In this document: positions 41,068 through 54,329 of the stretch, in pieces | How positions within the stretch are numbered: position 1 is the stretch's first letter | Layout: each line of letters opens with the position of its first letter | Assembly: GCA_951406725.2 (NCBI GenBank) | Contig: OX597823.1 | Location: 104,346,001-104,410,000 of the forward strand | Direction: 5' to 3' | Length of the DNA: 64,000 nucleotides | Origin: Octopus vulgaris | Taxonomy: Eukaryota | Notes under the pieces: generated by a model | Database searches by the model: none | What the model was told of the DNA's origin: nothing | The model's input: the letters and a program-made list of their open reading frames with translations, nothing else | Translations under genes and position numbers: made by a program

Positions 41068-41070
<3 letters not shown>
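40208..41070 (+). mobile_element. Partial-tandem Penelope-like/retrozyme-like element (604-bp period, ~257-bp direct repeats) inserted in the (TA)n of a SINE
   Basis: 40211-40467 is nearly identical to 40815-41070; flanked by (TA)n; the host SINE head lies at ~40040-40200 and its tail at ~41110-41310; hammerhead motif at the junction. Confidence 0.7.
40794..40886 (+). ncRNA. Hammerhead ribozyme motif with long stem II (degenerate)
   Basis: CCTACG-CTGAAGA-[~60-nt hairpin AATTAGTC…GACTTAATT]-AAAAC-GCAC-ATC-TGTAGG. The upstream repeat copy keeps GAAAC-GCGC-ATC-CGTAGG (40265-40282), close to the GAAACGCGCGTC motif of PLE hammerheads. Confidence 0.6.
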
Positions 41071-41111
<41 letters not shown>

Positions 41112-41359
41112 TGTGTAATTATCCATGTGCATGTCTTTGTGTTTGTGTTGTGTTTGTCCTCCCCCCTCACCAGTTGGTAACCAATTTTGGTTTGTTTACA
41201 TCCTTTTAATTTAGTGGCTTAGCAAAAGAGACCAACAGAATAAGTGCCAGACTTAAAAAATAAGTACTGGGACCAATCTATTCAACTAAACCCTTAAAGG
41301 TAGTGTCCCAGCATGAGTTGATTTGTTAGACAGAAACTGAAAGAAGCCTGTTGCAATAT

Positions 41360-41400
<41 letters not shown>

Positions 41401-41849
41401 GTGATAAGATAAAGATATTAATGATAAATACACTCATAATAATTATATGCAACAGTTTTCCATGGGTGGGGGTATTTTATATATTAGCATATTATTTGGT
41501 CTAATTGGCACATGAATGGTCTAATTGATTTCACAGCTTTCAATACTAATTACTCACCTGAAAGGTGAAAAATCATAAATATTATGAAATGGCTACAAGC
41601 CAACAGATTAACATGCCTTGCACCTAAGAATAAATAATACAATGGACATAATTAATATTTAGATATATAATAATGTGATCAGTAGAATGCTGCCAAAACT
41701 TCACATACTCTCTAGCTCATCAGTAAACATACAAAAAAAAAAGGTTTTTTGCTTTTTTCATTTTATCTCTTTTAATTTATTATCCAGAGAAGGTAAGACA
41801 GTACCTACAAGTTTTGTAAGTCTTCCTAGATTATGACTACTAGATAACA

Positions 41850-42975
41850 CTTTACTAAAAGTAGCTTCTCGGCCTCAAGGCAGCTCTGGAACCTGGTACA
41901 TGCATTCCTCGTTGTGTCCCTGGGAAGATCTTCAAACACTTCCTTGATCTTAGCTACCAGCTCTGTCTTGGTGTTGCAGGCAGAGCAGTTGGAGTCTTTC
42001 TCAACTATACCCCACACATAATTATCCATGGAATCACAATTGGAGGAATTAGGAGGCCAGAAATTGGGTCTGGTGATGTCACAGAAATTTTCCAACAATG
42101 ACTTCTAACTCTTTCTGAAGGTGTGGCAAGGAGTCAAATCCTGCTGCCTCATATATGGCCTTCTAACAGCAACTCTCTCCAGCCAGATTTGGCCAGTCTC
42201 CAGCAACTTGACTTAGCTGTCTGAGTTGATGTAAGATGTAAGGTGGCATGATGTCACCCTCACTGAAGACACACTCAAAGACCATCACAGTTTGGGGCAA
42301 CTTGCTTTTCATGATAGGACATCCCATGGCTTTTAGGTAAGCCACTTGTTCTTCTGAGTGTCATACAACTGGTCCTAGCAGGAGTTCTTTTCATCTGAGA
42401 AGAACCAGACCATCTGCAGCTCCTGTAGAACTGAGGTGGAGCCATTCAGGAGTTTTTCTGCCTTTGTCAAGCAGTTGTCCTTGGCTTAAGCTGTCAGAAT
42501 TTGTATGAGCAGCAGCAAAGGTCTGTATTCATGGTCAACTTCCTGGTAGCAACTCCAATACACATCTCTCTCAACAAAACCTGAATTCCCTTGCTCGGCT
42601 CTTCCATCACCTTGTCCTTCAGTTACTGAATGAACTCCAGCATGCAGACACAGTCAGAACACATGTTGTGGTCCTTCCTACTGACTGCGGCTTTATAGTT
42701 TCCATTGCAGCTGATCATGTCACATCTTACAGTCTTTACAGTGTTCACAGAGCACTGAGCAGCCGTCATGATGTCGGCATTTTGACACCCAGGGCAAAAG
42801 ATCATGTTACAGGTAACTCTTTTCCAATATGCAGATGGCTTCCAATCCTTTATGTCAGCTAACTTTTTCTCAGCTACAACTTCAAAACCTTTATGCTTTT
42901 CAATGCCATTGACTGTCCACCCATACAGCAAGCTGAAAAAAAGGAGACATAAAAAATTGCCAAATTTAGCCCGAA
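41850..42975 (-). mobile_element. Decayed Tc1/mariner transposase
   Basis: WFFSDEKN, FWPPNSSNCDSMDNYVWG (WPxxSPDLNP-like) motifs; frameshifted. Confidence 0.8.
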
Positions 42976-43614
42976 CACCCTGTATTACAAAAGCATCAAA
43001 ATGGCTCTCTACCCTCTCTGCTAGCTTTACCAGTCTAATAATATTGACTGTAGTCAACATATGTTTATATTTACATCTCTCTTTTTTTTTTTATTTAATG
43101 TTTCCACCCTTCTCAAATGTTTTGAATCAGCACACATGTTCTTGCAATATGTCTTACAGTCCACTACAGAAATCATATTTTTTCATGCACTGAAATGTTT
43201 ATCTTCCTATGTGTTTTCAAACAAGCACAACAGAAAAGAGATATTTCACACATAAATGCTATTTATTTATTTGACAAAGATAGAGTGTCTCTACAAAGTT
43301 TCCATGTATGTTTGACGAGTGAAAAAAAAAATAAGGATGCAATATTCATAATGGAGGTGTAATGACTCTTATGCAGCCAGGTGAAATTCACCATTTTTCA
43401 CTAGTTTATCATATAAGCAAACACTACCTTTCAATTATGCACTGAGTATAATTGCAGGACTCACTTGCTCACACACACACACCCAATCACCTTCCTACCA
43501 ACCTATCTATCTATCTTTAACAGATCTCAGCCACAATAACAAATGCCATAACTGATCTGATCTTAATACATGTTCCAATTGAACAGTACATCAATTTACT
43601 GCATCTCTATAGCT

Positions 43615-43842
43615 ATTTCTTTACTACCCATAAGGGGCTAAACACAGAGAGGACAAACAAGGACAGACAAACGGATTAAGTCGATTACATTGACCCCAGT
43701 GTGTAACTGGTACTTATTTAATCGACCCCAAAAGGATGAAAGGCAAAGTCGACCTCGGCGGAATTTGAACTCAGAACGCAGCAGCAGACGAAATACTGCT
43801 AAGCATTTCGCCTAGCATGCTAACGTTTCTGCCAGCTCGCCT
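43615..43842 (-). mobile_element. tRNA-derived SINE with Nin/Deu-like domain; related copies at 26965-27200, 27420-27650, 28040-28400, 37022-37235, 57160-57575 (tandem), and on + at 330-790 and 61380-61500
   Basis: Head GGCGAGCTGGCAGAAACGTTAGC…GAGTTCAAATTCC followed by GTCGACTTTGCCTTTCATCCTTT.GGGGTCGAT…AAGTACCAG. Confidence 0.8.
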
Positions 43843-44119
43843 GCATCTCTATACTATTAGATTACTGAGTATGGACATTGTCTTTCATTTCTTTTTCCAA
43901 AACATTCCTTCTCTAACTTGTTTGATTCAAACCAATTAAAATTGAAAATTGCTACTTTCCTTTGGATGAACAATGGTCTTATTCAAACTTGTACTTCACA
44001 ATCTAATGAAAGTAAACTGTGCTGTTTAGCCAGATTGAATTATTTTGCCACTTAGGTTTGAAGAGGTTCACCTTGTGGTGGTATGTAGGAAATCATAATG
44101 AACCCTTATACTTTTAATC

Positions 44120-44508
44120 ATTGTCTCTAAAAGTCTGGCTGCATCCGAAAAAATATATATTATGAAACAAAAATAAACAGAAAATTTATTACACGAATCT
44201 GTTACCACCACGACAGTCAACTATTTGACGCCGAACATGAGTTTGATGTTGAATACATCCACGAATTTTCTGCTCAGATAGCTCTTCCCAAGACTGTAAG
44301 ACAGCTTCGTGCAATTCATGCCTCGTTGTAGGGTTTTTCAGTTCAACTTTATCAGCCAAAAATTTGAAAATGCCTTCATCTAATGGATTCCACGTGTAAA
44401 CATGTGTTGAATAGAACTCACTGAATAAATCTTAATTAACTGTGTTGTCAATTGTATGCACCTGACATATGCTAACGTGTATGCAGCCAGACTTTTCACA
44501 CAGAGGAT
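44120..44508. mobile_element. MITE with terminal inverted repeats
   Basis: AAAAGTCTGGCTGCAT (44129) and ATGCAGCCAGACTTTT (44481). Confidence 0.6.
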
Positions 44509-47500
44509 ATATTTTCTGCAGAACAATAAAATAAAATAGACTTAATAACATCAGCGCTAAAAATCTAATTAGAAATGATTACACCATGGAGACATGGCTC
44601 AATGATTAATACTATTTTATTTCAGCAAGTATGAAAGTCTATATGATTGTGTGGTTAAGAAATTAGCTATGCAGCTACATGGTTTCTTAGGCAAGTGTCC
44701 TTCAACAGCCCTAGGCCATGTAAGTTAAATTTGGTAAATGGAAACTATGAAAGCTAATCAAAAGGACTATTTCTGTTCACGAGTAGTGGACTTCTGTAGC
44801 TACTACTGTAGCATGTTTTAACACTACCTAGTCCTTGGGTACCCTTAGCAGAGTCATATTTGTTGCATGTATCCAAGCCAGGTCTCCATTATGAAGAGAA
44901 TTTTCCTCAGCCAGTTGCAAATACACTGGAAAAAGATGATGGGTACAGTCCTTCCTTCTTGGACAAAGATATAAAACAAAATATTGAAATAAGTTTTAGT
45001 TTTATTAGACATTTTCAGCAAAGCACAGCATTCGCTATATTAGCCAAAGCAGAGATGGAAGAATCGCTAAGTATATGTACAATATTATAAAAATATTTGG
45101 ATGACTACGAATCTATCTTTACTCTAAAATGCTCGATTGATTCTGCAATATTGAAAGTTGACAAAATACCAAAAGTATACATGATATTTGCAGTTTGTAA
45201 GTAACTTTAAAAGTTTAGAGAATAGAATGACCAACTTTGACCCAATGAGAAAAGTTATTAAATCAGAAAGATTTAGTCGGGGATATGTTCCTTGTTAGAA
45301 AAGAGAACAAGTCATTGTAGTAACCACAGAATAGATGGGTTATTAGTTGTAGTTTGGCCTCAGCTTAGCACTGACTGAACCAACCAATGATTATGAAAGT
45401 CATCCCAGTCAGATCACCCTAGCATTCCATACATAGAACTACATTTTATGTGAATCTCTCTTTTCAAGAAAGCCAGGTGTACTTTAAGGAAGCCTGGCTA
45501 CTATTTTCAGTGAACAAATGGCTATAGTGGTATTGGTGAAATCGTTGAAGTGATGCTCATATTTGTAGTGGTGTTAATTAGTTAATTAGATACTCGTGTA
45601 TAAGCCACAATTTTTTCCACAAAATATACAATGTATAAACTAGAGCATAACTAATGTACATAACCTACAGAATCTCAATACAAAATATATGGTATATTGT
45701 AAATGGCAAAAGCAGTCATTCATTTAAGGGTATGTGTGACATTAGCTTCATATTGTTCTCTTTAAATAGTATTACAGCATTTTATATAACATTTACCGTT
45801 GCTCTCAACTGCCAGTACTCCATAAATAGTTGCTGCTTAACTTTATACTAAAATAAGTAGGTCACTTTAATCATTTATTTACTAGTCAATAATCAAGATT
45901 TTATGGTAATTTTCTGACCTTATAATTTAGAATCACTATTTGACAATTAAGTATTGCTTCTAATAAGTGGGAATAAAATAGATCACAGCAACGCATTTGT
46001 TTGTATGTTGTCATTTTCTCCCCTTGATAAGCTACATACACACGTTTTACACTAGAAAATGTTATCTGATACAATTAAATTGTGGAGGAGATGTTCAGGC
46101 TAAAGTTGAAGACTTTTATGTTGCCTTTTTTCAGGAAGAGTTTGATATGCTAGTGTAAATAGCATTTGGGGAGCATAAAGATGAAATCTATACTCTTTTA
46201 CTTGTTTCAGTCATTTGACTGTGGCCATGCTGGAACACCACCTTTAGTCGAGCAGATCAACCCCAGGACTTATTTTCTGTAAGCCTAGTACTTATTCTAT
46301 CAGTCTCTTTTGCCAAACCGCTAAGTTACGGGGACGTAAACCAGCATCGGTTGTCAAGCGATGTTGGGGGGGGGGGGGACAAACACAGACACACAAACAT
46401 ATACACACACACAAACACACACACACATATATATATCATCATCATCATTTAACGTCCGCTTTCCATGCTAGCATGGGTTGGACGGTTCAACTGGGGTCTG
46501 GGGAGCCCGAAGGCTGCACCAGGCCAGTCAGATCTGGCAGTGTTTCTACAGCTGGATGCCCTTCCTAACGCCAACCACTCCGAGAGTGTAGTGGGTGATT
46601 TTATGTGCCACCGACACAGGTGCCAGACGAGGCTGGCGAACGGCCACACTCGGATGGTGTTTTTTATGTGCCACCGACACAGGTGCCAGACGAGGCTGGC
46701 AGACGGCCACGCTCGGATGGTGTTTTTATGTGCCACCGACACAGGTGCCAGATGAGGCTGGCGAACGGCCACGATCGGATGGTGTTTGTTACGTGCCCAC
46801 GGTACGGAGGCCAGTCGATGCGGTACTGGCTACGGCCACGTTCGGATGTTTTTCTTGTGTGCCACCGGCACTGGTACCACAAAGATACAAATTCCATTGA
46901 TGTTCATCTATTTTGATTTGTTTTGATTTGATTTGATTTGATTTTCACTTGCCTCAACAGGTCTCCACAAGTGTCACAAGAAGGAAGGTATGCACAGGTG
47001 GACTGACTACGTCCCAGGTAGGGGCCACGGGTTATGGCCTGACTAGTCTTGCCGGGTTTTCGGATGGTGTTTTTATTGGACTGACTACGTCCCAGGTAGG
47101 GGCCACGGGTTATGGCCTGACTAGTCTTGCCGGGTTTTCGGATGGTGTTTTTATGTGCCACCGACACAGGTGCCTAGTCTTGCCGGGTCTTCGGATGGTG
47201 TTTTTATGTGCCACCGACACAGGTGCCAGATGAGGCTGGCGAACGGCCACAATCGGATGGTGTTTGTTACGTGCCCACAGCACGGAGGCCAGTCGATGCG
47301 GTACTGGCTACGGCCACATTCGGATGGCTTTCTTGTGTGCCACCGGCACTGGTACCACAAAGATACAAATTCCATTGATGCTCATCTATTTTGATTTGTT
47401 TTGATTTTCACTTGCCTCAACAGGTCTTCACAAGTGTCACAAGAAGGAAGGTATGCACAGGTGGACTGACTACGTCCCAGGTAGGGGCCACGGGTTATGG

Positions 47501-47721
47501 CCTGACTAGTCTTGCCGGGTCTTCGGATGGTGTTTATATACATATACATATATACGATGGGCTTCTTTCAGTTTCTGTCTACCAAATCCAGTCACAAGGC
47601 TTTGGTCAGCCTGAGGCTATAGTAGAAGACACTTGCCCAAGGTGCCACGCAGTGGGACTGAACCCGGAACCATGTGGTTCGTAAGCAAGCTACTTACCAC
47701 ACAGCCACTCCTACGCCTGTA

Positions 47722-48480
47722 CTTAAGAAAATGTTAACTGACATCAAGGACTGGAAGCCATCTACATATAGGAAAAGAGTTACTTGTATCATGATGATCC
47801 ATGCCAGGTATCAAATTGCCAACATCATGATTACTGCTCCATGCTCTGTGAACAGTGTAAAAGCAGTAAGATGTGACATGGGCAGCTGCAATGGTGACTA
47901 CAAAGCTGTGGTTAGCAGGAAGAGGGACAACAGATGTTCTAAGCTGCATCCACACACAGGAATTCATCCCCACACCTTTGAACAAGCCTTTGACTTCATT
48001 CAGGTGGTTATGTGAAGCTGCCGGAGAGGTTTGCTGTTGGAAGGCTATATGTGTGACAGCAGAATTTGGCTTCTTGCCATATCTCCAGAAAGAGTCAAAA
48101 GTGGTTATTGGAGAATTTCCATGACTTCACCAGACCCAATTTCTGGCCTCCTAATCCCCCTGATTATAATTCCATAGATTACTATATGTGTGAAGTATGG
48201 TTAAGAAAGACACCAACTGCTCTGCTCTGTAACACAAAGGCTGAGATGGTGGTTAAGATCAAAGAGGTGTCTGAAGATCTCAGGGACACAATGAGAAATA
48301 CATGCACTAGATTCCAGACCTGCCTCAAGGGTGTGGTGGAAGCTGAAGGAAGCTATTTTGAGTAAAGTGTTATCTCCCAGCCATAATCTAGTTGATGTTT
48401 TTTGATTTTTTAAAAATACTTTTATTTCTGGATCAGATATTGTCTTCTTTTGCACATTGTAAAATTTAACCTGAAACACA
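47722..48480 (+). mobile_element. Decayed Tc1/mariner, same family as 41850-42975, internally deleted
   Basis: DIKDWKPS…KRVTC; FWPPNPPDYNSIDYY. Confidence 0.8.
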
Positions 48481-48551
48481 CTGTTTTTTTTTTTTTTTGT
48501 AGCAGATAATATAATTATTAAGTGATTAAATATAATGGAATTATTACATAA

Positions 48552-48938
48552 CTAGCAGTATCGCCCGGCGTTGCACGGGTTTGTTTCGACCCTTTAGAAT
48601 TGGAATTTTCGAAAAGTAAAAATTTTGCATTATGTAGCTTGTTATTCTCTTTAAGTGAACATTTTTCTGGTTGAAATACACAGAAAAATGGCGACCCAGC
48701 AGTCAAAAAATCGTAAAAAACAGGGATTTTCATAGGAAAAAAGCACCTTTTTGATGTAAATAAGTTTTGGTGTTAACATGGTCCGATTTGAATTTTTTCT
48801 TCTACGGAAGGAAGAGCAAGCCTTCTTCTATCATACTCTCAATTTTGGTCAACTTGCGCCGCAGGGTTTCGGAGGAGATACTGTTAGTTGAAGGCTACCA
48901 AACCTGCACAGACAACTTCAGTTTTATATAGAGAGAGA
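48552..48938 (-). mobile_element. Non-autonomous Helitron (same family as 26000-26280)
   Basis: 5' TC, 3' CCCGTGCAACGCCGGG hairpin plus CTAG, A|T target. Confidence 0.87.
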
Positions 48939-51900
48939 TTTGTGAAGAGCTATCAAAGGGTGTTTACACATAGTTTTATGAAATAATAATAAAGTAAAAA
49001 TACATTTAGTTTTGAATTTTTTATGGAAATTTCATTCTAGCATATATATATATAAGCAGCATTGATAAATACAGCCTGTAGCTTATATGTGAGTCAAGTA
49101 CAAATCCAAGAATATTATATGTAAAATGGGAGTGTGGTTTACCTACCAGTGTAATATATACATTAGTATACATATGATACCAAAGATTTGTTACACTAGT
49201 AGGTACTAGTATGCCCCCAAAAAGGAACTCCTAGTGACTGTGTGACTTGCCAGAAATAGCAGCTTAATCTGTGTTAAATTAAACCCCTGCACAAAGAAAA
49301 AACATTAGAAAATGTATTGTAGTTTTAAGCACTCTTTAAAACCAGCAAGTTCACACATAGAATGTAGCTAACAAAACTTCTGCTCAATCAAGTTTAACCT
49401 GAAGTTAAACAATAGTGACAATAGTTAGAATTAGAGACATCTGATCAACAGCAGGTAGAATTAAAAGAGAAAAAGATACTGATAAAAGGAAAAAAACGTT
49501 TTCACAACAAAAGATTAATTAATAATACAACTAAGTTTGCCAATAAATTAATCTTCAGAAGATACTTTCAATCATAATATTTAAGTTAATAATTCCTTAT
49601 ACTAATCCCAGAATATTTGTTTCCCAATCAGAACAAAACAAAATATTACAAAATAAAAAGAACATATACACTTGATAAACATACTATATGACTATTTCTT
49701 AATTAAGATTTTGCAAGAATTATAGATTAGGGTAAATATATGTAAAAAGTTTAAAATGTTCATAGATTTCAAAAGACTGACAGAATGTGTGTGTATGTAT
49801 GTGTGTGTGTTTATGTATATATATACACACACACATATATATTCATGTATTCTACTTGTTTCAGTCATTGGACTGGAGCCATGCTGAGACACCACCTTTG
49901 AGAGTTTAATTAAACACAATAACCCCAGGACTTATTTTAATTCAATCAATTTATGATTTGTTTTATGTCAATTTTTTCCCATGCTACCAAATGTTTGGAG
50001 CAACAAGTACTGGGGAAATGTTTTACAGTCAGACGTTCTTCCTCTTACTAATCCTTACCTGTTTTACAAGTAAACAGTTATTGATTCTACATGGCTGCAA
50101 AGGTACAGAACAACTGTACGATTTATTAGCAGGAAATGTTAACAAACATCACCATTTTTCTTAACGCTCTTCATATAAAGACATGAAATATAAACAAACA
50201 CATACATATGCAAATATGATGTTAAATACTTAATATCACATTCAAGATAAGATGAATAGATTAGAAGGCGTTAGATGAATCAACAAACTGTAATTGTGTT
50301 CAACAACAAAATAAACAATTCTGATAATATTTATACAAATCATTGTTAGTATTACTCTCAGTTTTAAACATTGTTTACTTATGAAGAACACAAGCAATAG
50401 TGTGTTTTTGCTTGCTTTTCTTTTATATTTCTTGCCAGTGCCGTCTCGACTGGCCTCCGTGCCGGTGGTACGTAAAAAGTACCAACCGATCGTGGCCGCT
50501 GCCAGCCTCCCTTGGCAACTGTGCTGGTGGCACGTAAAAAGCACCCACTACACTCATGGAGTGGTTGGCGTTATGAAGGGCATCCAGCTGTAGAAACACT
50601 GCCAGATCAAGATTGAAGCCTGGTGCAGCCTCCTGGCTTCCCAGACCCCGGTCGAACCGTCCAACCCATGCCAGCATGGAAAACGGACATTAAACAATGA
50701 TGATGATCATTGCTTTTTGATTCTTATCAATAATTCTATAGTTTTTATACAAATCCAAACAGCCCTACTTCAAACTAATTCACCTCTAATCATTCTGACT
50801 ATCAGAAATCATCCCTTAATGTCTTAAAAAAGACAAGACACATTGACCAACGTTGTCCTTGGTACACAAAGACATGAATCAAAATACCTTTGAGTATAGT
50901 TCTACTCCATCATAACTGACCTGGGGCTAAATAACAAAAACTTTTAACAGAGTAATATTATCCACTTTCAACAAACAGATAAACATTGGACTACCAACAA
51001 ACTTTCTTGCCTCAACACTTTACCCAATCTACATTCATTTTTATTGTATATCATATCTTTCTTTATTTTTAATCATTAAATTAAGACATCATATTTTGCA
51101 ACAAATTCAGATTCTCCAGCAAGAATGTCCTTAGTTTTTGCAAGTCTTCAACTTTCCATTGTTCTTCTTCTATTCTTCTTTTACATGTTTCAGTCATTGA
51201 CTGATGGAATACCACCTTAAAGGGTTTTAGTCAAAGAAATCAACCTCAGGACTTATTCTTTATAAGCCTAGTACTTATTCTGCCGGTCTCTTTTGCTGAA
51301 CCGCAAAGTTATGGGGACATAAACACACCATCATCGGTTGTCAAGTGATAAAATAAAATAAGTAGTAGGATATAATGATCACAGGAAGTAGCAGGTAGTA
51401 AACAGTCCTGTCAGCATAATAAAGGAAGTTGTTAATGAAACTGTGGCAGTGGGTATCTCAAGAAAATATAAAAATGAATGACTTTCTGGTAGAATCTGTT
51501 AAAACTGGTAACAGAGAGTCTCAAGAATGAAATGAAACATTTACTATGAAAGAAAGAGTATAAAGAATCACAAGCACATGAAGGAACTTCTCCATAGTGA
51601 CTCAGGTAGATAAAAGCTAACAGCCAAATCTTCAAATCACAGCATTTTTAATAATAAGGAAGGAAAATTTTGGCTGATGTGTTTGTGATAAACTATACCT
51701 TAAAAGACAGATCGTCATGGTGAAAATAACTCTGAATGCTATATGGTGGCTCAACCTGAACTGATCTAGGATTAAACAACACTAACAGCAACACAAAGAG
51801 TCAGTGCATAAATCTGAAAGGATTTTCTTCCTTAATGATGTAATAAATTGTTAAAACAAGATCATAAATGTGAACAACTAAATATAAAACTATAAACAAC

Positions 51901-52219
51901 TGTAGGAGAACTTGAATTTTCCTAGTTTTTAAGTAAGGACTTCAGAAAGAACTTGCATAGAATCAGATTTTAAATCTTACGTATTATGTAACTTCCACTT
52001 GGAAATAATGTGTAGGCAAGTATTGAATATAATACATAATTGGTTGGCACTTCTTATTCATATTTTATTCCACCAAAATACTTTTACTAAGGGAAGCTTC
52101 ATGAAGAGAATCCTTCCTTACAGCTAGCAATGGGACAGAAGTTGATCCAAAAATCCAACAGCAATGCAAACTTAATGATAAGTGTATATAATAGCGTTAA
52201 TCAGTGTATTATATATATA

Positions 52220-52925
52220 GTGATGAAGGTCACAGAGAGGGTTATAGCCCAACTAAGTAGGAAGAGAGTCTGCTTAGATGAGATGCGGTTTAGTTTTGTG
52301 CCAGGTAGAAGCACTACATTCCTGGTACGGAAACTACAGGAGAAATACCTAGCCAAAGAGAAACCCCTATTCTTGGCTTTTGCTGACTTGCAGAAAGCCT
52401 CTGACAGGGGCCCCCGATCCCTTATCTGATGGACGATGTGGAAACTGATGTGGGGATTGATGAGTGGTTAATAAGAGCTGTACAGGGATGCTGTTAGTAA
52501 GGTAAAGGTCAGCAATGAGTATAGTGAAGAATTCTGGGTAGAAGTAGGAGTTCACCAAGGATCAGCCCTCAGCTCCCTCTTATTCACCATAGTCCTCCAG
52601 GTAATAACAGAGGAATTCAAGATAGGTTGCCTCTGGGAGCTCCTCTATGCTAATGACCTTGCTCTCATAGTGAATCATTACCAGAACTAGAGAAGAAATT
52701 TCAGGTGTGGAAGCAAGGTTTAGAATCGAAGGGCCTTAGAGTCAATGTTGCAAAAACCAAAGTCCTAGTAAGTAGAAAGGCTAACACATCACAAACCCCT
52801 TCAGGTAGGTGGCCCTGCTTGATCTATAGAAAAGGAGTAGGTAGAAATTCCATAAGATGTACCTAGTGTAAGCTATGGACACATAAGAGGTACAGCAACA
52901 TCACAGGAAGGTTAACTGGGTAAAT
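52220..52925 (+). mobile_element. RTE-clade LINE RT remnant
   Basis: MKVTERVI…FVPGRSTT…FADLQKA…GVHQGSALSSLLF…LLYANDLAL. Confidence 0.88.
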
Positions 52926-52944
52926 AGGTCATAAAAAATATATA

Positions 52945-53179
52945 CAATAATCCCTCTACTATCGCAGGTGTTATGTTCCAAAACCTCCCACAGAAATAAT
53001 TAAAATCTAAAAAAATATAAATACCTATTGGTCCCAGAAACTCAGATATACTAACAAGTCCGTAATATAAATTTACAAATATTTTCCAGAAAAATCTGTG
53101 ATGTAGTGAGTGTGCAATAGGTGAACCGCAATGTGCTGAGTGCATGATAAGTGAACTGTGATATGACATGGGATTATTG
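52945..53179. mobile_element. Tc1/pogo-type MITE with TA target duplication
   Basis: TA|CAATAATCCC…GGGATTATTG|TA. Confidence 0.7.
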
Positions 53180-53566
53180 TACTGAGTTTATTAAATAATA
53201 TTTATCTTTCACCAGATGGAGTATTGATTTTGTTGATCTTACCATCATAGAATACACTATGTATGTATATCAGTGGTTTCTAAAGTGGGCAATACTGGCC
53301 CCTTGGGGGAAGTGGAAAGATCCAGGGAGGCATTGAAGAAAAGTGGGATGATAATGGGGTGGCCAAAATGGGGTGAAAGAGGTAAAAAAATAATATTAAT
53401 AGTATTAATAGGCTAATTAGTTTTAAGGTTTATTAGTGAAATACAGTTGTTTTGAATTTTCTGCAGAAAGTGTTCTATATTTGTGGTGGGAGGGTGAGGG
53501 AGCGCTAGGAATGTGGCCTGGGTGCCAAGATGGCAACAGCCTGAAAAAGCTTGGGAAACTACTGAT

Positions 53567-53599
<33 letters not shown>

Positions 53600-54329
53600 C
53601 ACGCACACACACACAGTGCAATCATTATCTACAAACAACTTATTCCAGTAGCCTATTTATTAACTAAATTGCTTGTTACACGATTAATTGAAATACATAT
53701 AAATAAGCAATTTCCAACTCTCTCTCTCTCTCGCTATATATATATATATATATACATACAGACACACATGCACACACACACGTGTGCATGCATGCATGTT
53801 CTGAATAACAGTTTATGTCCAAGAGACGGAGACAGAAGGTACAAAATTCAAACAGAAAATGTGAATTAAAGAGACACAGTGAGACTGTGTTGTTGTTGTT
53901 GTTGTTGTGTAGTTCCAAATCAGTATTCCAGCAATGACCATTTCTTTTATTTGACTTTTTATTTTCCATTTAGTCTGGATTGTCATTTGAGGGAGATTTG
54001 ACATCTATTTCTAGTAGATCAAACACCATGAAACACTTAAAAGCTTCTTCGTTATATATATAGATGTAAGAGATGAATAGACAAGAGAAGGATTACATTA
54101 ATAATGTTAATCACTCCTCTATGTAGTAAACAGAGATCACATTTAAAGTACAGCTCACCTATAAGGCAACAGAGCATATCACAAACACACAGACATGTAT
54201 GCATACACACACACACAACACACACTGATAAACATAACAACATAAACAGCATGCAAATGCCATCACCACCAACAATTATAGTAACAACAGGATCCACACA
54301 TCTATTTCTATTTCTTTACTACCCACAAG

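Noticed and set aside
41690-41735. CTGATGAGC…GAAG hammerhead-like motif on the minus strand
   Set aside because: No GAAA core or convincing stems I and III.
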